Below are positions 13,551 through 26,684 of a stretch of 64,000 nt of DNA, piece after piece (positions within the stretch are counted from its first letter, which is position 1; each line of letters opens with the position of its first letter). This DNA comes from Dictyostelium discoideum. Its lineage: Eukaryota. The notes under the pieces were generated by a model. The model was given only the letters and a program-made list of their open reading frames with translations. It was not told the DNA's origin and made no database searches. The stretch spans positions 1,664,001-1,728,000 of the forward strand of contig CM000154.2 in assembly GCA_000004695.1 (NCBI GenBank). Direction: 5' to 3'. A program made the position numbers and the translations under genes.

Positions 13551-13925
13551 AAAAAGTTATATGAAAATGAAATTATAAAAAAAAAAATGAAAACAAAAAA
13601 AAAAAACAAAGGTGGTTATGCGGGTTTGTCGCCTCTTTTTTTTACTTTTATTTTTTTATTTTAAAAATGAAAATAAAAATAAAAAAATAAATGAATAAAT
13701 AAATAAAAAAACAAATAAATAAATAAATAAATAAATCTAATTACAATTAAAATTAAAATACAACAACCAAAAGTGAATTTACATTTTTTGTAAATCATAT
13801 TTTAGTGCTTTTTTTTTTTATCTTTATTTATCTTTATGATAAGGTTATTCATTTCCTATTTAGTTAATAGTATTATCGGTCACAGAGTGCTAAATAAATA
13901 AAATTCTACACCTATTTTTATTTCA

Positions 13926-14762
13926 TTATTTATTTGGAGTCTTTGTTGTATCATTATTGCTATTTGATTTAAAAATACTTGAAAATGCTTCAGATTTCAT
14001 TTTCTTTGAAATTTCTTCATTTGTTTGTGCCAAAGTATTAGAAGTAAAGCTAGATTCTGATGCTAAATTTGATTCTAATGATCTTTTTTTATTATCAGGT
14101 TTTTTATCAGATTTTTTACTTGATTTCTTTTTACTATTTGCTAATTTCTCTTGTAATGTAACTTTCATTTGTTCAAATTCTTCACCTGATGGATTTATTG
14201 TTATTAAATCATTTGTAATATATTCTTTTGAACATAAAAAACATGATAAATTATCTTTTGATGAATCTATTTCTTTTTTATTATTATTATTATTATTGTT
14301 ATTATTATTACTATCATCATTTTTTAATTCTTTAAAAGCCTTTTCAGAGAATACATGACCACATGTCTTTAAAAATTTGAATTTATAATTTGAACTTCCA
14401 ACTTCAATCTTTGTTATTGGACATAACCAAGGTGAGACAGTTGAATCTTTTTCATGAGCAGGATTTGGTGAAAAGTTGACAGTATAAATTGAACGTAATG
14501 ATCTAATATGTGAAAAGTTTTTTGATGTTTCTAATGAACCATTTAATAATGCCTCTATTATATTATCTTTATTGAATAAATTTCCCAAGTCATCTAATAC
14601 AATTGGTTCACTTAATGTATCTTGAGCTAATGCACATAAAAACCATTTTCCAAAATCAACTTGATCTTTATCAAATACTTTTACTTCTTTTTTCTTTGTT
14701 TTAACTAATTCACATCTTGTTGGAATTGTACCACCATCTAATCCCATTTTTCTAAAATACAA
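13926..14762 (-). CDS. Replication termination factor 2 (Rtf2/RTFDC1) homolog. The likely true start is the second Met (MGLDGGT) at about 14747.
   Basis: The N terminus MGLDGGTIPTRCELVKTKKKEVKVFDKD...NLFNKDNIIEALL closely matches the conserved Rtf2 N terminus (MGCDGGTIPxRxELVK...). The C terminus is lysine-rich. Confidence 0.75.
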   Translation of the reverse strand: MYFRKMGLDGGTIPTRCELVKTKKKEVKVFDKDQVDFGKWFLCALAQDTLSEPIVLDDLGNLFNKDNIIEALLNGSLETSKNFSHIRSLRSIYTVNFSPNPAHEKDSTVSPWLCPITKIEVGSSNYKFKFLKTCGHVFSEKAFKELKNDDSNNNNNNNNNNKKEIDSSKDNLSCFLCSKEYITNDLITINPSGEEFEQMKVTLQEKLANSKKKSSKKSDKKPDNKKRSLESNLASESSFTSNTLAQTNEEISKKMKSEAFSSIFKSNSNNDTTKTPNK

Positions 14763-15055
14763 TACTTTATGTCAAATAAAAAAAAATTAAAAAAAAAATT
14801 AAAAAAATAAAAAAAATAAAAAAAAATTTTAAAAAATAAAAAAAAAAAATAAAAATTAAAAAAAAAAAAAATTAAAATAAACTTAATTTTCCCATTTTTG
14901 TGAAACTAAAAGTACTCTTATTTTTAACATTTTTAATCTTGGCAAACTTTCTAGAAAGTTTTATTATAATAGAATTTAATTTTTATTTCTTTTTATCTTT
15001 TTATTTTTTTATTATTTTTTTTTTTTTAAACCAAAAAAAAAATTTTTTTTCTAAA

Positions 15056-15086
<31 letters not shown>

Positions 15087-15412
15087 GGTTGAAACAAATA
15101 ATTTTATATTAACAATGGCTATATAAAATAATATTGTCATTAACAATCATTTTTTTAAATTATTTGGTTCTTTTTTTTTGGAGGAGAAATAATAAAAAAA
15201 GTGAAAACTAAAAATAAAAATAAATAAAAATTAATCGTTTTTTTTTTTTTTTTTTGAATTTTTTTATTTTTTTTTTTATTTTTTTTATTTTTTTTTTTCT
15301 TCGTTCGTTAATTCGTAAATTTTTTTTTTTTTTTTTTTTTTCATTTTTTTCTTATTTATCATTTTTTTTTGTTAATATTATAATAAATTTTTGATCAATC
15401 TAAAAAAATAAA

Positions 15413-17553
15413 ATGGCACCAGCAAAAGCAGCAAAAGCAGCAACTAAATCAAAAAGCACACAAAATAAAGTTGTAAAGAAATCAATTGGAGATTCAAAGA
15501 AACCAGTTTCAACCAATAAAGGTGTTGGTAAAGATAATATAAAAGTTAAAGAATTTAAATCCGATAAAAAACCATTAAATAATAAATATAACGACAAAAA
15601 AAACACAACCACCACCACAACAACAGATAAAGAAAATGAATCAAATAAATCAAATGAACCAAAAAAGAAATTAACAAAAAAAGAGAAAAGAGAAGAGAAA
15701 TTTGAAAAGAAATCAAAATTTGATAAGAATCATTCATTAGTTAGAGATTTAAAGATATTATGGGTTAAAATTAAAGAGATTAAATTATCAAGTGAAGAAA
15801 GAGCAACTTTGATTGAACAATTAACTCAAAAACTTAAAGGAAACGTATTGAATGTCATTGTCAAACATGACGCATCACGTGTAGTCCAAACCCTATTAAA
15901 GTATGGCAATGAAGCACAAAGAGAGATTGTATTCAAAGAATTAAAAGATCAAGAACTTACAATTTCAAAGACACAATATGGTAGATTTTTAATTTTAAAA
16001 CTCTTAAAATACGGTACTGAAGAACAAAGAAACACAATCATTAAACAATTCTATGGTAAATTCGTCTCAATGATCTCTCATAAAGAATCATCCTCAGTTG
16101 TAGAATATATCTTTTCAGAGATTGCTTCAAAATTACAAAAAACTCATATCATTGAAGAATTCTATGGTCCAGAATATCGTTTATTCAAAACTGAACAACC
16201 AAGAACTTTAGATTCAATAGTTGAATCTTCACCACAAAAAAAAGAACCAATCATTACTTATCTTTCATCACAATTAACTAAAATTTTATCATCAAAAGGT
16301 GAACGTTTAGTTCAATTTACAATTATTCAAACTTTATTAATTGAATTTTTTAAGTAATTATTATTTATTATTTATTATTATTTTTTTTAGATAGACATGC
16401 AATAATTATTTACTAATTTTTTTATTTTTTATTTTTTTTATTTTTTTTAAATAGACATGCATCACCAGATAATTGTGTTGATATGTCAGAAACATTAGGT
16501 GAATTATTATTACCAATGATTCATAGTAAAGAAGGTAGTCAAGTTGCATATTATGTAATTTCATATGCAACACCAAAAACAAGAAAATCAATTGTAAAAT
16601 CATTAAAAGATTTCATTCCAAAGATTGCAAGTGAAGAGTATGGTTTCTTAGCATTGGTACGTTTATTGGATGTAACAGATGATACTCAAATGATTATTAA
16701 ATCAGTTTTCAATGAATTGATTCCAGTTTTACCAGAATGTTCAATCACTAAACAAGGTTCACTTTGGATACTTCATTTATTGGCACCTTATTCAGCTCAA
16801 AATTTCACTGAACAAACTTTATCACTCCTCACTAAATCAATGGTGAACAGTTGTGGTATTCAACATGAAATTAGTAAAAAAGATCGTGACCAAAGAAGAA
16901 AGGAATTGTTGAATTGGATCTCACCAAAATTAATCGAACTTTGTTCAAATCACACTCAAGACTTACTCTCAAGTCAATGGGGTACAAAGGTTTTAAATCA
17001 AACTTTAAAGAATGCCGATGGAAATAAAATCATCTTAATGAAGAGAATCTTGGATCTCCTTGAACAAGAAGAGTTCCTTGAAGAACAACATATTAACATT
17101 CAATCACTCTTACGTAATGATCATATTAAATCAACTGATCTTCCACAACAATTGATTGAAAAACATAATTGGATCGATCTTTGTACTAAAAATCAAAATA
17201 TCGTTTACATCTATCGTGATCTCTTAAAATCTTTACCAAATGATCTCAAAGATAAAGAAACTATTCAATTAAAAAAATCAAAATCAAAATTAGAAGCTAC
17301 CAAATTTAAAGGTATTGAAAATTTATTTAATTTAAAAGATGATTTAGAATTACAACAACAAAATGATGAAAAGAAACCAGTTGAAGATAAAAAGAAACCA
17401 GCTGCTGCTGCTACAACTGTCACCAAAAAAGTAACTGAAGAACCAACTACTACCACAACTACTATCACCACATCTAAAAAAGTTACAAAAACTACAACTA
17501 CTCCAGCAGCAGTTACTTCAACAACAATTAAAAAATCAACAATTAAAAAATAA
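15413..17553 (+). CDS. Pumilio-family Puf-A/PUM3 (yeast Puf6-like) nucleolar RNA-binding protein. Two exons: 15413..16353 and 16455..17553.
   Basis: The repeats KHDASRVVQTLLKYGNEAQREIVFKEL / YGRFLILKLLKYGTEEQRNTII are PUM3-type. Exon 1 ends AA|GTAATT and exon 2 begins after aaatag (…EFFK-HASPDNCVDMSETLGELL…), in frame with ORF 16483. The N and C termini are K-rich and T-rich. Confidence 0.75.
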
Positions 17554-17590
17554 ATAAATAAATATTAAAAAATAAATAAAACCATTTAAA

Positions 17591-17625
17591 AAAAAAACAA
17601 ACAAACAAACAAACAAACAAACAAA
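17591..17625. repeat. (CAAA)n tetranucleotide repeat
   Basis: caaacaaacaaacaaacaaacaaacaaa, read directly. Confidence 0.9.
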
Positions 17626-17660
17626 CAAATACATAATTAACTTTATATTTATTATTTTTA

Positions 17661-19962
17661 TTACATAATTAATGATTTACATTTTGATTTATAATTTTTT
17701 GAATCAAAATTTAAAGTATCCTTAAAATAAGTTATTAAAAATCTATGATTACAATCTAATGCTAAAGTTACTAAAATTTCAATTAATGGTTGAGCAAGAG
17801 ATGACAATAATGAATAAGTTGATTTTATATATTGAAATACTTTTAATTGAGAATATAGAGTTGATAAATATAATAATCTTTCAATGAATTGACTTTGATT
17901 GGAATTTATAATTAAATCTATACCTTTTGTATCACATTTACAAACGATATCATCCACAATTAATTCATGATCATTCACAGAGATACCGCCAATACTTGTA
18001 TTTGGGATCACTGAAATGTTTGGTGAATTGTAAAATAGTTTACCAGTTTCGTAATAGTTGAATAGTAGTAATGATCTTTGAATACCGTGTTTAAAAATTA
18101 CAAATAGTTTCTTTGGATTTCTAATTATTGATTGAACATATGATATTCTAGTTTCGACAGATTCATCTCTTTTCTTAAATACATGAGGTAGTAATTGCTT
18201 TTGGAATTTTTCTTTAAAATCATCAATATTCTCTACTAAAAAGTTTACTGCCTCAAGAGTAATACTTGAATAACCATTTTTTGTTTTTGTTTCCATTGAG
18301 TTTTGTGGTATTTTTAATTCAAATTTATCTAATCTTAATTTATATTCAATTGGATAATTTATTTTTAAATGGTTTAATAAATCAACTCTTTTAGTGAATA
18401 AAATTCTTAAAATATTATCATTAAGTAAACTATTATTAATATTTGATTTTAAATTTTCAATTAAAAAATTAAATAATTGTAATTCATTTTCTTTTTCGCC
18501 ACAACAATATTTATTATAATTATTATTATTATTATTATTATCATCTGTTTGTTGATTTGGATTGATTGAATAAAATAGGTAATCTTCTTCAATTGGTTGT
18601 AATTTCATTTCGTAATTCTTTAAAAACCATTGAACTAATTGAATATCTGAATTTAAATTTAAAAGAGTTTTAAAGTAATGTTTAATTGTGAATGAACGAC
18701 CACCACCACCAATACCACCACCAGAAATACTTCCATAATCTTTTAAATATTGAATTTGTCTATTTAATCTACCACTACAAAATCTAAATAAAATCGTTTC
18801 AACCTCTTTATGAATCATTTCATCTAAAATTCTTGAATAGAATCTATCTTCTTTAACTTTATTATAACCATTTTGTTCTAATGTTACACATTTATACATT
18901 AATAAATAAAATGAATAATTTTGAATATAATCTTCATCTCCAAAAAATGGTAATAACATTTTAATAATTCTTTCAACATTTTTTTCAAATATAAAATTAT
19001 TATTATTATTATTATTACTACTACTATTATTACAACCTAATTTAAATTTAAATAAAATTGTTGATAATTGATCTTGAGTAAATTTATTCTTTATTTCATT
19101 AATTTCTAATAATGATAAAGTTTCAAAAGTTTCATCTTGATAACTTTCTAAAAATTTATAAAATTTAATATCTTGAACTTCTTCATAATTAATTTTATAT
19201 TTTGATTCATTTTCTTGTTTTGATTTTGAATCTGAATTAATCTTTTTTAAAATTTTCAATTTTCTTAATTCCCAAATTTGATTTAAATTATTTTTATTTT
19301 TTAAATTTAAACCTAATGATGCGATTGTAATACATGAATCTATTAATGTTTCTAATGTTTCATTATAAATAAAATAATCTAATTTATAATAAAATATTGG
19401 TTGTGCTGATGGTGATGTTGATGATGGTAATAATAAATTTGGTGTTGATACTAAATTAATTGGAATTTCAAATTTTAATTGATTAACTAAAAATTTAAAA
19501 ATTTTATTATTATCTAAACCACTACTACTACTAGTACTATTAATATTATTATTATTATTATCTCCACTACCAATTTCAATATTATTAATATTACTATTAC
19601 TATTAATATTACAATCAATTGTTTGTTTCCAAATTTCTAATTGATTAATTTTATTTTTAATATTATTACTATTACTAAAAAAATGATTAAATAAATAATT
19701 TGAAATTTTAAATGCTTTTAATTTAATTGATTTAATTAAATATTTCTCTTTCACTTTAAATAAATTAAATGATTCAACTAAACTTGAAAATGCATAAATA
19801 TTATCATATTGTAAAAATAAATTTATAATTTCTTTTAATATTNNNNNNNNNNNNNNNNNNNNNNNNNNNNNNNNNNNNNNNNNNNNNNNNNNNNNNNNNN
19901 NNNNNNNNNNNNNNNNNNNNNNNNNNNNNNNNNNNNNNNNNNCATTATTAGTTATTGATAGT

Positions 19963-20024
<62 letters not shown>

Positions 20025-20237
20025 TTGATTATTTATATTTGAAAATGATAAATCTCTTCTTTTTTCAATTAAAATTTTTTCTTTTAAAATTGTATAAAAT
20101 TTATTTTTAATCATCCACTCTACATTATTAACTTGATCATATGAATAAACTTTATATCTAAAAGAAACCTTTAAGTGTGATAATATTTTTTTTTTTAAAA
20201 ATATATTTCTAAAAACTTTCCAAAATAATTCTTCCAT
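17661..20237 (-). CDS. Hypothetical protein (about 858 aa, single ORF) interrupted by an assembly gap. Poly-N tracts. No recognisable domain.
   Basis: Long minus-strand ORF with Dictyostelium-like codon usage. The X residues correspond to the N gap at 19843-19942, so the true length is uncertain. Confidence 0.5.
19843..19942. other. Assembly gap (100 N) inside a coding region
   Basis: Literal n characters. Confidence 0.99.
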
Positions 20238-21009
20238 ATTTAATATATTATAATAGTTTTATAAATATAAAGAAACTAAATAAAAAAAAAAAAAAAAAAA
20301 TATTGAAAATGAGGAAAAATTAATTGTGAAAAAAAAAAAAAGTGATGGTGGGAAAAAAAAAAAAATTAATCTAAAAACACTTTTCACAAAACAAAAATAA
20401 AAAATTTGGAAAAAATTTCTTTTAAAAGAATACTTTGAAAAAAAACAAAAAAATATATTTTTTTGATTGCCACCAATTATTTGATGCTATTTTTATAAAT
20501 TTGATTCCAGATGAAAATGGAATACTATTCAGATTTAAAACTTTATTGTAAACAAGAATTAAAAAAAATAATACAAAATAACAATTATAATTAAATTTAG
20601 GGTTAAAAAAAAAATAATAATATAAAAAAACTTTTTTCATAAACAAGTAATATTTTCAAAAAATAATTATTTTATTTTTATTATTACTATAATTATTATT
20701 ATTGTTTTTTTTTTTTTTTTTTTTTTTTTTAATTACCAAAACATTTTTTTATTTTTTTAATTTTTTTTTCATAAATTCACTTTAGTGCGATTTTTTTTTT
20801 TTTTTTTTTTTTATTTTTTTTTTTTAATTTCATTTTAAAATTTAAATTGCCACTGGTTATTGGGGCAATAAAATAAATAAACATAGTCAAATTGTAACCA
20901 TAATATAAAAACACATACATACGTTCACATACACATACACACAACTCAAATAATATAGAGTAATTAGAAGAAATAAATCAAAAAAAAAATATATATATAT
21001 ACTCAAATA
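20238..21009. promoter_or_regulatory. Divergent promoter region. It contains a CA-rich element (about 20880-20960: acacatacatacgttcacatacacatacacacaac).
   Basis: It sits between the minus-strand gene start (20237) and the plus-strand gene start (21010). C/A-rich elements are known promoter motifs in Dictyostelium. Function not verified. Confidence 0.35.
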
Positions 21010-22057
21010 ATGGATAAAAAAAGTTATAGCAGTATTCCATCATCGACAACACCAATGAGTGGGTCAGGAGGTGGTGGTGGAGGTGGTGGTGGATCATCAG
21101 AATTAAATTTTAAATTAACATTAGAAGGATTACAAAAAGAAGTTAAATCATTAAAAACCAAATTAGATAATTGTGAAAGAGAGAATAAAGATTTAAAGAA
21201 ATCAATATATGACCTAACTATTAGATATGATATGGTATCACATCAATTAGGTAAAGGTACACAAAAACCATTCAATATAGATGCAGTGTTTGGTGCACCA
21301 CAAACACCTGAAGTTAATTCAAATGGTACTGATGGTCATCCATCAATAGTTTCAATTCAATCACCACCTCCAACCCTAACTTCAAACGTCAGTGATGAAC
21401 GTTTATTATTAACTTCAACTCAACAAAGAAATAGTAATAAAAAAATGGATGAACGTCATTTCTTTTATAAATTTACTTTAAAGGTATATATATATATATA
21501 ATATATAATATATATAAACATTATATATATAAATAATAATAATAAATTTATACTTATATTATAATTTTATTTTATTTTTTTTTTAAAAAAAAGGGACATA
21601 ATGCAAGTGTTTATACAGTTGATTTTTCACCATGTGGTAAAATGTTAGCATCAGGTAGTTTTGATAAAACAGTTAAAGTATGGGATGTATTTAATCAAAG
21701 AGAAATGGCAACATTTAATGAACACACAGTTAATGTTAGTGTATTACAATGGAATAATAATTCTACAGAGATTTTATCAGGTTCATATGATAAAACAGTT
21801 AAACTTTGGGATTTAAATTCAAATAAATTAATCTCTTCCTATAATACAAGTGGTTTCATTTTAGATGTTAAATTCTCACCAATTGATAATAATATTTTCT
21901 TTGCTGGTAATACACAAAATCATGTAATTGGTTTTGATAAGAGAACTCCAAATTCAATTATAGTTTTAGAAAATGATGCATTAATTAATTCATTGTAAAT
22001 ATATAGATTGAAATACCACAACTGTGTAATTTAATTTTTTTAAAAAATTATTATTAA

Positions 22058-22089
<32 letters not shown>

Positions 22090-22866
22090 AGGTATGTATT
22101 TAAAGATGGTCAACATATTTTAACAGGTGATTCACTTGGTAAATTAAAAGTTTGGGATTCAAGAAAAGGTAATAAGATTAATTTTCCAGAATCATTTCAT
22201 TATGATGGATGTGTTGATGGATTGGCAGGTAGTTTTTCAAATTCAGCAAACAATGCATTGGTTGACGGTTCACCATTTGAAATCGGTCCAGAGAATAGAC
22301 CAATCAGTGGTATTACAATGTCATCAAGAAGTGGTGGTAGTGGTGAAGATGATGGAAGATTTTTAGCAGTCAATAGTTATGATAATGTAATTAGAGTTTA
22401 TGATCGTTCAAAAGTATCCATTGTATCACATCCATATTCTTTGGCACCAATGAGTTTAATTCATTCATTAACTGGTCATAAAAATAAGAATTGGCCAATT
22501 AAAAGTAGCATTTATGTTGGTAAAGATTATAATCAAGATAGTGTAGTCAAGAGAACTTTAGGTGTTGGTAAATCAATGAATGACGGTTCAAAATCAATCA
22601 TAGATGATGACGATGACGATGATGATGATGAACAACCTGATATTAATCAATCGGTTTTATTAGCTACTGGTTCTGCAGATTACAATGCTTACATCTACGA
22701 TATTGGTTTTGGTAAACAATCTGGTAAAGTCTTACAAAAGTTAGAAGGTCACACCGATAGAGTTTACTCTGTTAAATTTCATCCTTCAGAACCAATTTTA
22801 GCTTCCTGTTCTGCTGATAATACAATAAGATTTTGGACTCCAAAGAAAAAAATATTTAATAATTAA
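21010..22866 (+). CDS. WD40-repeat protein with an N-terminal coiled-coil (WDR37-like architecture), about 549 aa. Three exons: 21010..21483, 21594..21994 and 22092..22866.
   Basis: Exon 1 has a poly-Gly tract and a coiled-coil. WD repeats include GHNASVYTVDFSPCGKMLASGSFDKTVKVWDV, SGSYDKTVKLWDL, GHTDRVYSVKFHPSEPILASCSADNTIRFW. The introns (GTATAT...AAG and GTAAAT...TAG) preserve the frame and were verified against ORFs 21642 and 22222. Confidence 0.65.
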
Positions 22867-23074
22867 AAATAATAATAATAAAAAAAACAATAATAATAAT
22901 AATAAATATATTAATAAAAATATTACTTGTATAAGAAATAAGTTTTTTATTTATTCTTTTTTTATTCTTTTTTTTTTTTATTAAACCCTAAATTATAATT
23001 GCATTGATATACTATTGAGAGATGGAGTTTTTAAATCTATTGTTTTTAATCTTTTGGAGTTTTAAAACGGTGAA

Positions 23075-25320
23075 TTAAATTTCCAAAAAAAAAGAACCAT
23101 CAATATTATCTTTATGGTATATAAGAATTTCTTTGTAATTTGGGAATCCTTCATTCTTTATTTGGTAATTTGAAATGATTATTTGTATAATAATTGATTT
23201 GGTATATTTTTTACACATTTTTTGATATGTTTTATATATATTTGAAACAATATCTTTAGTTATATATTTACCACTATTGGTATAATATGTTTTGATAACT
23301 ACCATTAAATTAGTTTTTGAATTATCACTTGAGCTTTCAAGTTTAAAATTTAATCTAATTTCGAAAATGGTGCAATCATCGCACAATAAAGAAATATAAC
23401 CTGGCTCTTCGATTGCAATGGTTTTTCTAGCCTAATCTAAAATATAAATAAATAATAAATACCAAAAATTAAATCCAAACCAATTAAATTAAATTATATA
23501 CATACCCATAAAACAAATTTGAACTATCCTTAACTAAATATAATTGTTTAAATTTAATCATTATATCATTATCATCAATAATATCTCCAAAAATATCTTT
23601 AAGATTTACAATTATTGATTTGTATTTTTGTAATAAATCATTTTTTAAAATTATTATTATTGATGTTATATATTCGAATGAAAATCTTACAAATTTATTG
23701 TCAGGTGGATATCGTGTAATAGTGGATAAATAATCCATTGGTAACCTTGTTGCTATTAAATTCAAATCAACAGTAGGAATTATAATATTGAAAAAACCTG
23801 AATTTGAATTTTGGACAAGATAAATATGTCCCGATTTTGAAATCTCTTTAATTATATTACCAGAAATTACTATTTCCCAACTAACTTCAACACCGCAAAC
23901 GATATGGTATAGCAAGCATTCCAATGTATTCCAATTATATTCAAATTTCTTATTTCTAATTTTGGTTTTAAGCTTTGAACAAGCGACCTATATTAATTTA
24001 TTTGGAAATGTACCATTTTTTGTTTTATCATTATTATTATTTTTGTATAATTTAATATATTTAATTAATTTTTGTAAATATCTTGGTACAACACCAAGGT
24101 TCTTTAAAATAATGTCAAATAAATCATGTTGCAATTCTTCTATTTCACAATTAAGTTTTGAACATATGATCTACTTTGAAGATTGAAGAGACAATATGTT
24201 GATACTGATGTTTTCAAAATCCCATTTCAATAATTCAATATCAGTTGGTCCTGGATTGGTTCCTGTTAAAAATGGAATTATAAATATATTGGTTTCGTCT
24301 GCGAATGATTTATTTCGATTGCATCTGAAAAAACCCAAAAGTTCAACCATTTCTTTTATAAATTCTGGTTTTTTATAATTTTTTGTGCATTGTTCATGGG
24401 CTATTTGAAATTCATCCAAATGTAATAATATCGCAATAGAATTATAATAATTGGTTCTATGCTTTGATGCTATGAAATTAAATGTTTGTTTTAAAAGAAT
24501 TTAAATGATTTTCGTTTGATGATAATTTATCAATTAAATCTGATGTCTGCAAAGAACATCCTAAAATGGATCTTGAGAATAATCTTTTACATAAACCTAT
24601 CTCTGGTGAGTATTTAATATCTTCTTCTATCACTTTGTCACCACCATTGAAATCTATCTTTAAATATATACAGTTTTTCATTAAACAATTAAACGAGTGG
24701 CTTTCTTTTCCTAATGATTCAATATATTTCAAACATTCAATACCCAATCTGGTTTTACCTATTCCTTTACCAGTTAAACAAGTTAAAAATATATGATCAG
24801 ATCTTGATTTGGATTTATTTTTAAATCAAACATTTTTTCAATATTTCCTGAAATCATTCTGATTGATTTTTCTCTTTCCAAAAATGTAAAATCTTGGTCA
24901 TCATGATATTCTTTGTCCAAATTTTCTTTGATATCTTTTTTAATTATTATTTCTAATTGATCTAAACCTATATTTTTTAATTTAAAAAATTAATTTTTAA
25001 TAACTATTTTAATGTAAATTACCAAATACTTACTTTTAACTTCATTTCTTTCAATTTTTTTATTTTTTATCTCTTCCCACATCTCTTCTAATATTGCGAA
25101 ATATGTTGTATCGAGATATTGATTCTTTGGTAAAATACAATCTCCTCTTACATATTCCAAATTTTTTTTAAAATCTTGAACTTCGGAATTAATTGATTCT
25201 AGGTCACTTTTAAAAAAAACTAACTCACTTCTCTCTGAAAGATTAAACTCTTTATAAATTTGTTTATGTAGGTCACAAAGATAAGTTTCATCATTGGTAT
25301 ATTTAATTCTCTTTGTTTTT
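23075..25320 (-). pseudogene. P-loop NTPase-like gene remnant. It has a Walker A motif (LTGKGIGKTRLG) and is split into at least 5 ORFs by in-frame TAG stops and one frameshift.
   Basis: Minus-strand ORFs 24478..24747 (contains FLTCLTGKGIGKTRLGIECLKY), 24171..24419, 23484..23924 and 23075..23386. The N-terminal part (about 25320 down to 24800) has one canonical GTAAGT...AG intron. The frame 24419 down to 23484 stays open except for two TAG codons, with no intron signals around them. There is no GT/AG across the 24420-24477 break. Confidence 0.4.
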
Positions 25321-25436
25321 AAATAAATTTATAAAAAAAAAAATTAAAATAAAAATAAAAAACGGGAATATAATTCCAATTAATTATTGGTGTGGAAAAA
25401 TTATTAATGTGTAAATGAAATTTTATTTGAAACAAT

Positions 25437-26684
25437 TTAAACACGGGCTTCGGCAGCACTTGCATCACTAGAAATTGAACAAGTTTCCATTGAAATGAAA
25501 AAGAAACCTTGTTGACCCCAGTCTTTAAAGATAAACAATTATTTTAATGTTTGTTGGTAAATTATGAGAATAATAATAAAAAAATTAAAAAAAAAAAGAA
25601 ATTATTAGTAATCAAAATGCTTAAGATAATTAAATAACTATAAAATTAAAAACTTACCAGCACCCCATGAATTAGCAACAATCCAGTAGTTTAATTGAGA
25701 GGTTTGATCAAAGCCCCAACCAACAATTTTAATAGCATGACCACCTAATAAAGATGAACCTGGAGTCATAACGTAAACACCTATTTATTAAAGTTTAATT
25801 AATAAAATGGTCATCAAAAAAATAAAAATAATAATAATTATAATTATACATACCTGAGCTGTAGCTCATAAAATCTTCATAAACTTCCATAGTACCAACG
25901 ATTGGACCATAAGCTAAAATGTTTTCTTGGATACATTGAACTGAAGAGCAAGTCTTTAAGGTGAATGGCTTAGCTCTGTATAAACTGTAATCTTCACTAT
26001 CGGAACATGATCTTTGACAAGAGTAGACAGTACCGTTACCAGCAGTGTATGGGACGCATGAGTCAGTTGGTAAACCTTTAAGTTCCATATATTCCCTATT
26101 TTATTTTTTATAAATAATTTAAAAATAAAGTTAATAAATGAATAATATTAAATTAAAAAAAGAAATAGATAATAAGAATAAATAACATACCAAGCTAATT
26201 GTGGGATACCACCACTACAACCATCATTACCATATACATCACAAGCAACTAAAGTTTGTGGACTGAGAGCACCTGGGTTAGTTTTATTATTTGAGGCAAT
26301 ACATAATCTATCACTTAAAACTTCAGATGAAGAAAAGGCCCAACATGAACCACATTGTTCTTGGTTGAGGATTGGGTGGATACAGTCTGGCCATTGGACA
26401 CGAGAATCGAATGAAGTTGGGATTGAACCTTTGAGTTCTTCACCATTTTCAGTTAATTTGAATGGAGCAGCAGTTTTTTTAGTACCCATCATACCAATGA
26501 TATCACCAAAAGTCTTACCTTCGAAATTTTTATTTCTATGGGCAGTCCATGATGATTTTTTATTATTATTGATTGAATTGATGAGGTTATCATCTAAAAC
26601 TGGTTTATCAAGGAATGAACCTAAACAAACTGAAGCAAAGTAAAAAGATACAAAGATTAAACAAATGATGTATGAAAATCTCAT
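25437..26684 (-). CDS. Cathepsin B-like papain-family (C1) cysteine protease. Four exons, approximately 26191..26684, 25853..26095, 25658..25780 and 25437..25522.
   Basis: Signal peptide MRFSYIICLIFVSFYFASVCLG. The active-site Cys box QCGSCWAFSSSEVLSDRLCIASN is cathepsin B-like. Then ACDVYGNDGCSGG, HAIKIVGWGF...NYWIVANSWG and a C-terminal DWGQQGFFFI. Three GTATGT/GTAAGT introns. My base count in the exon 2 region disagreed with the ORF track by 1 nt, so coordinates are plus or minus 2. Confidence 0.75.

Noticed and set aside
13611-13650. GC-containing patch ggtggttatgcgggtttgtcgcctc upstream of TGS1, considered as a tRNA or hairpin
   Set aside because: It has no cloverleaf-compatible pairing and no box A/B-like motifs. 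It is too short.
12871-14358. Plus-strand ORFs 12871..13092, 13159..13491 and 13957..14358
   Set aside because: They are antisense to the TGS1 and Rtf2 coding regions. The S/F/L-rich peptides derive from the ENES-repeat and K-rich coding tracts on the other strand.
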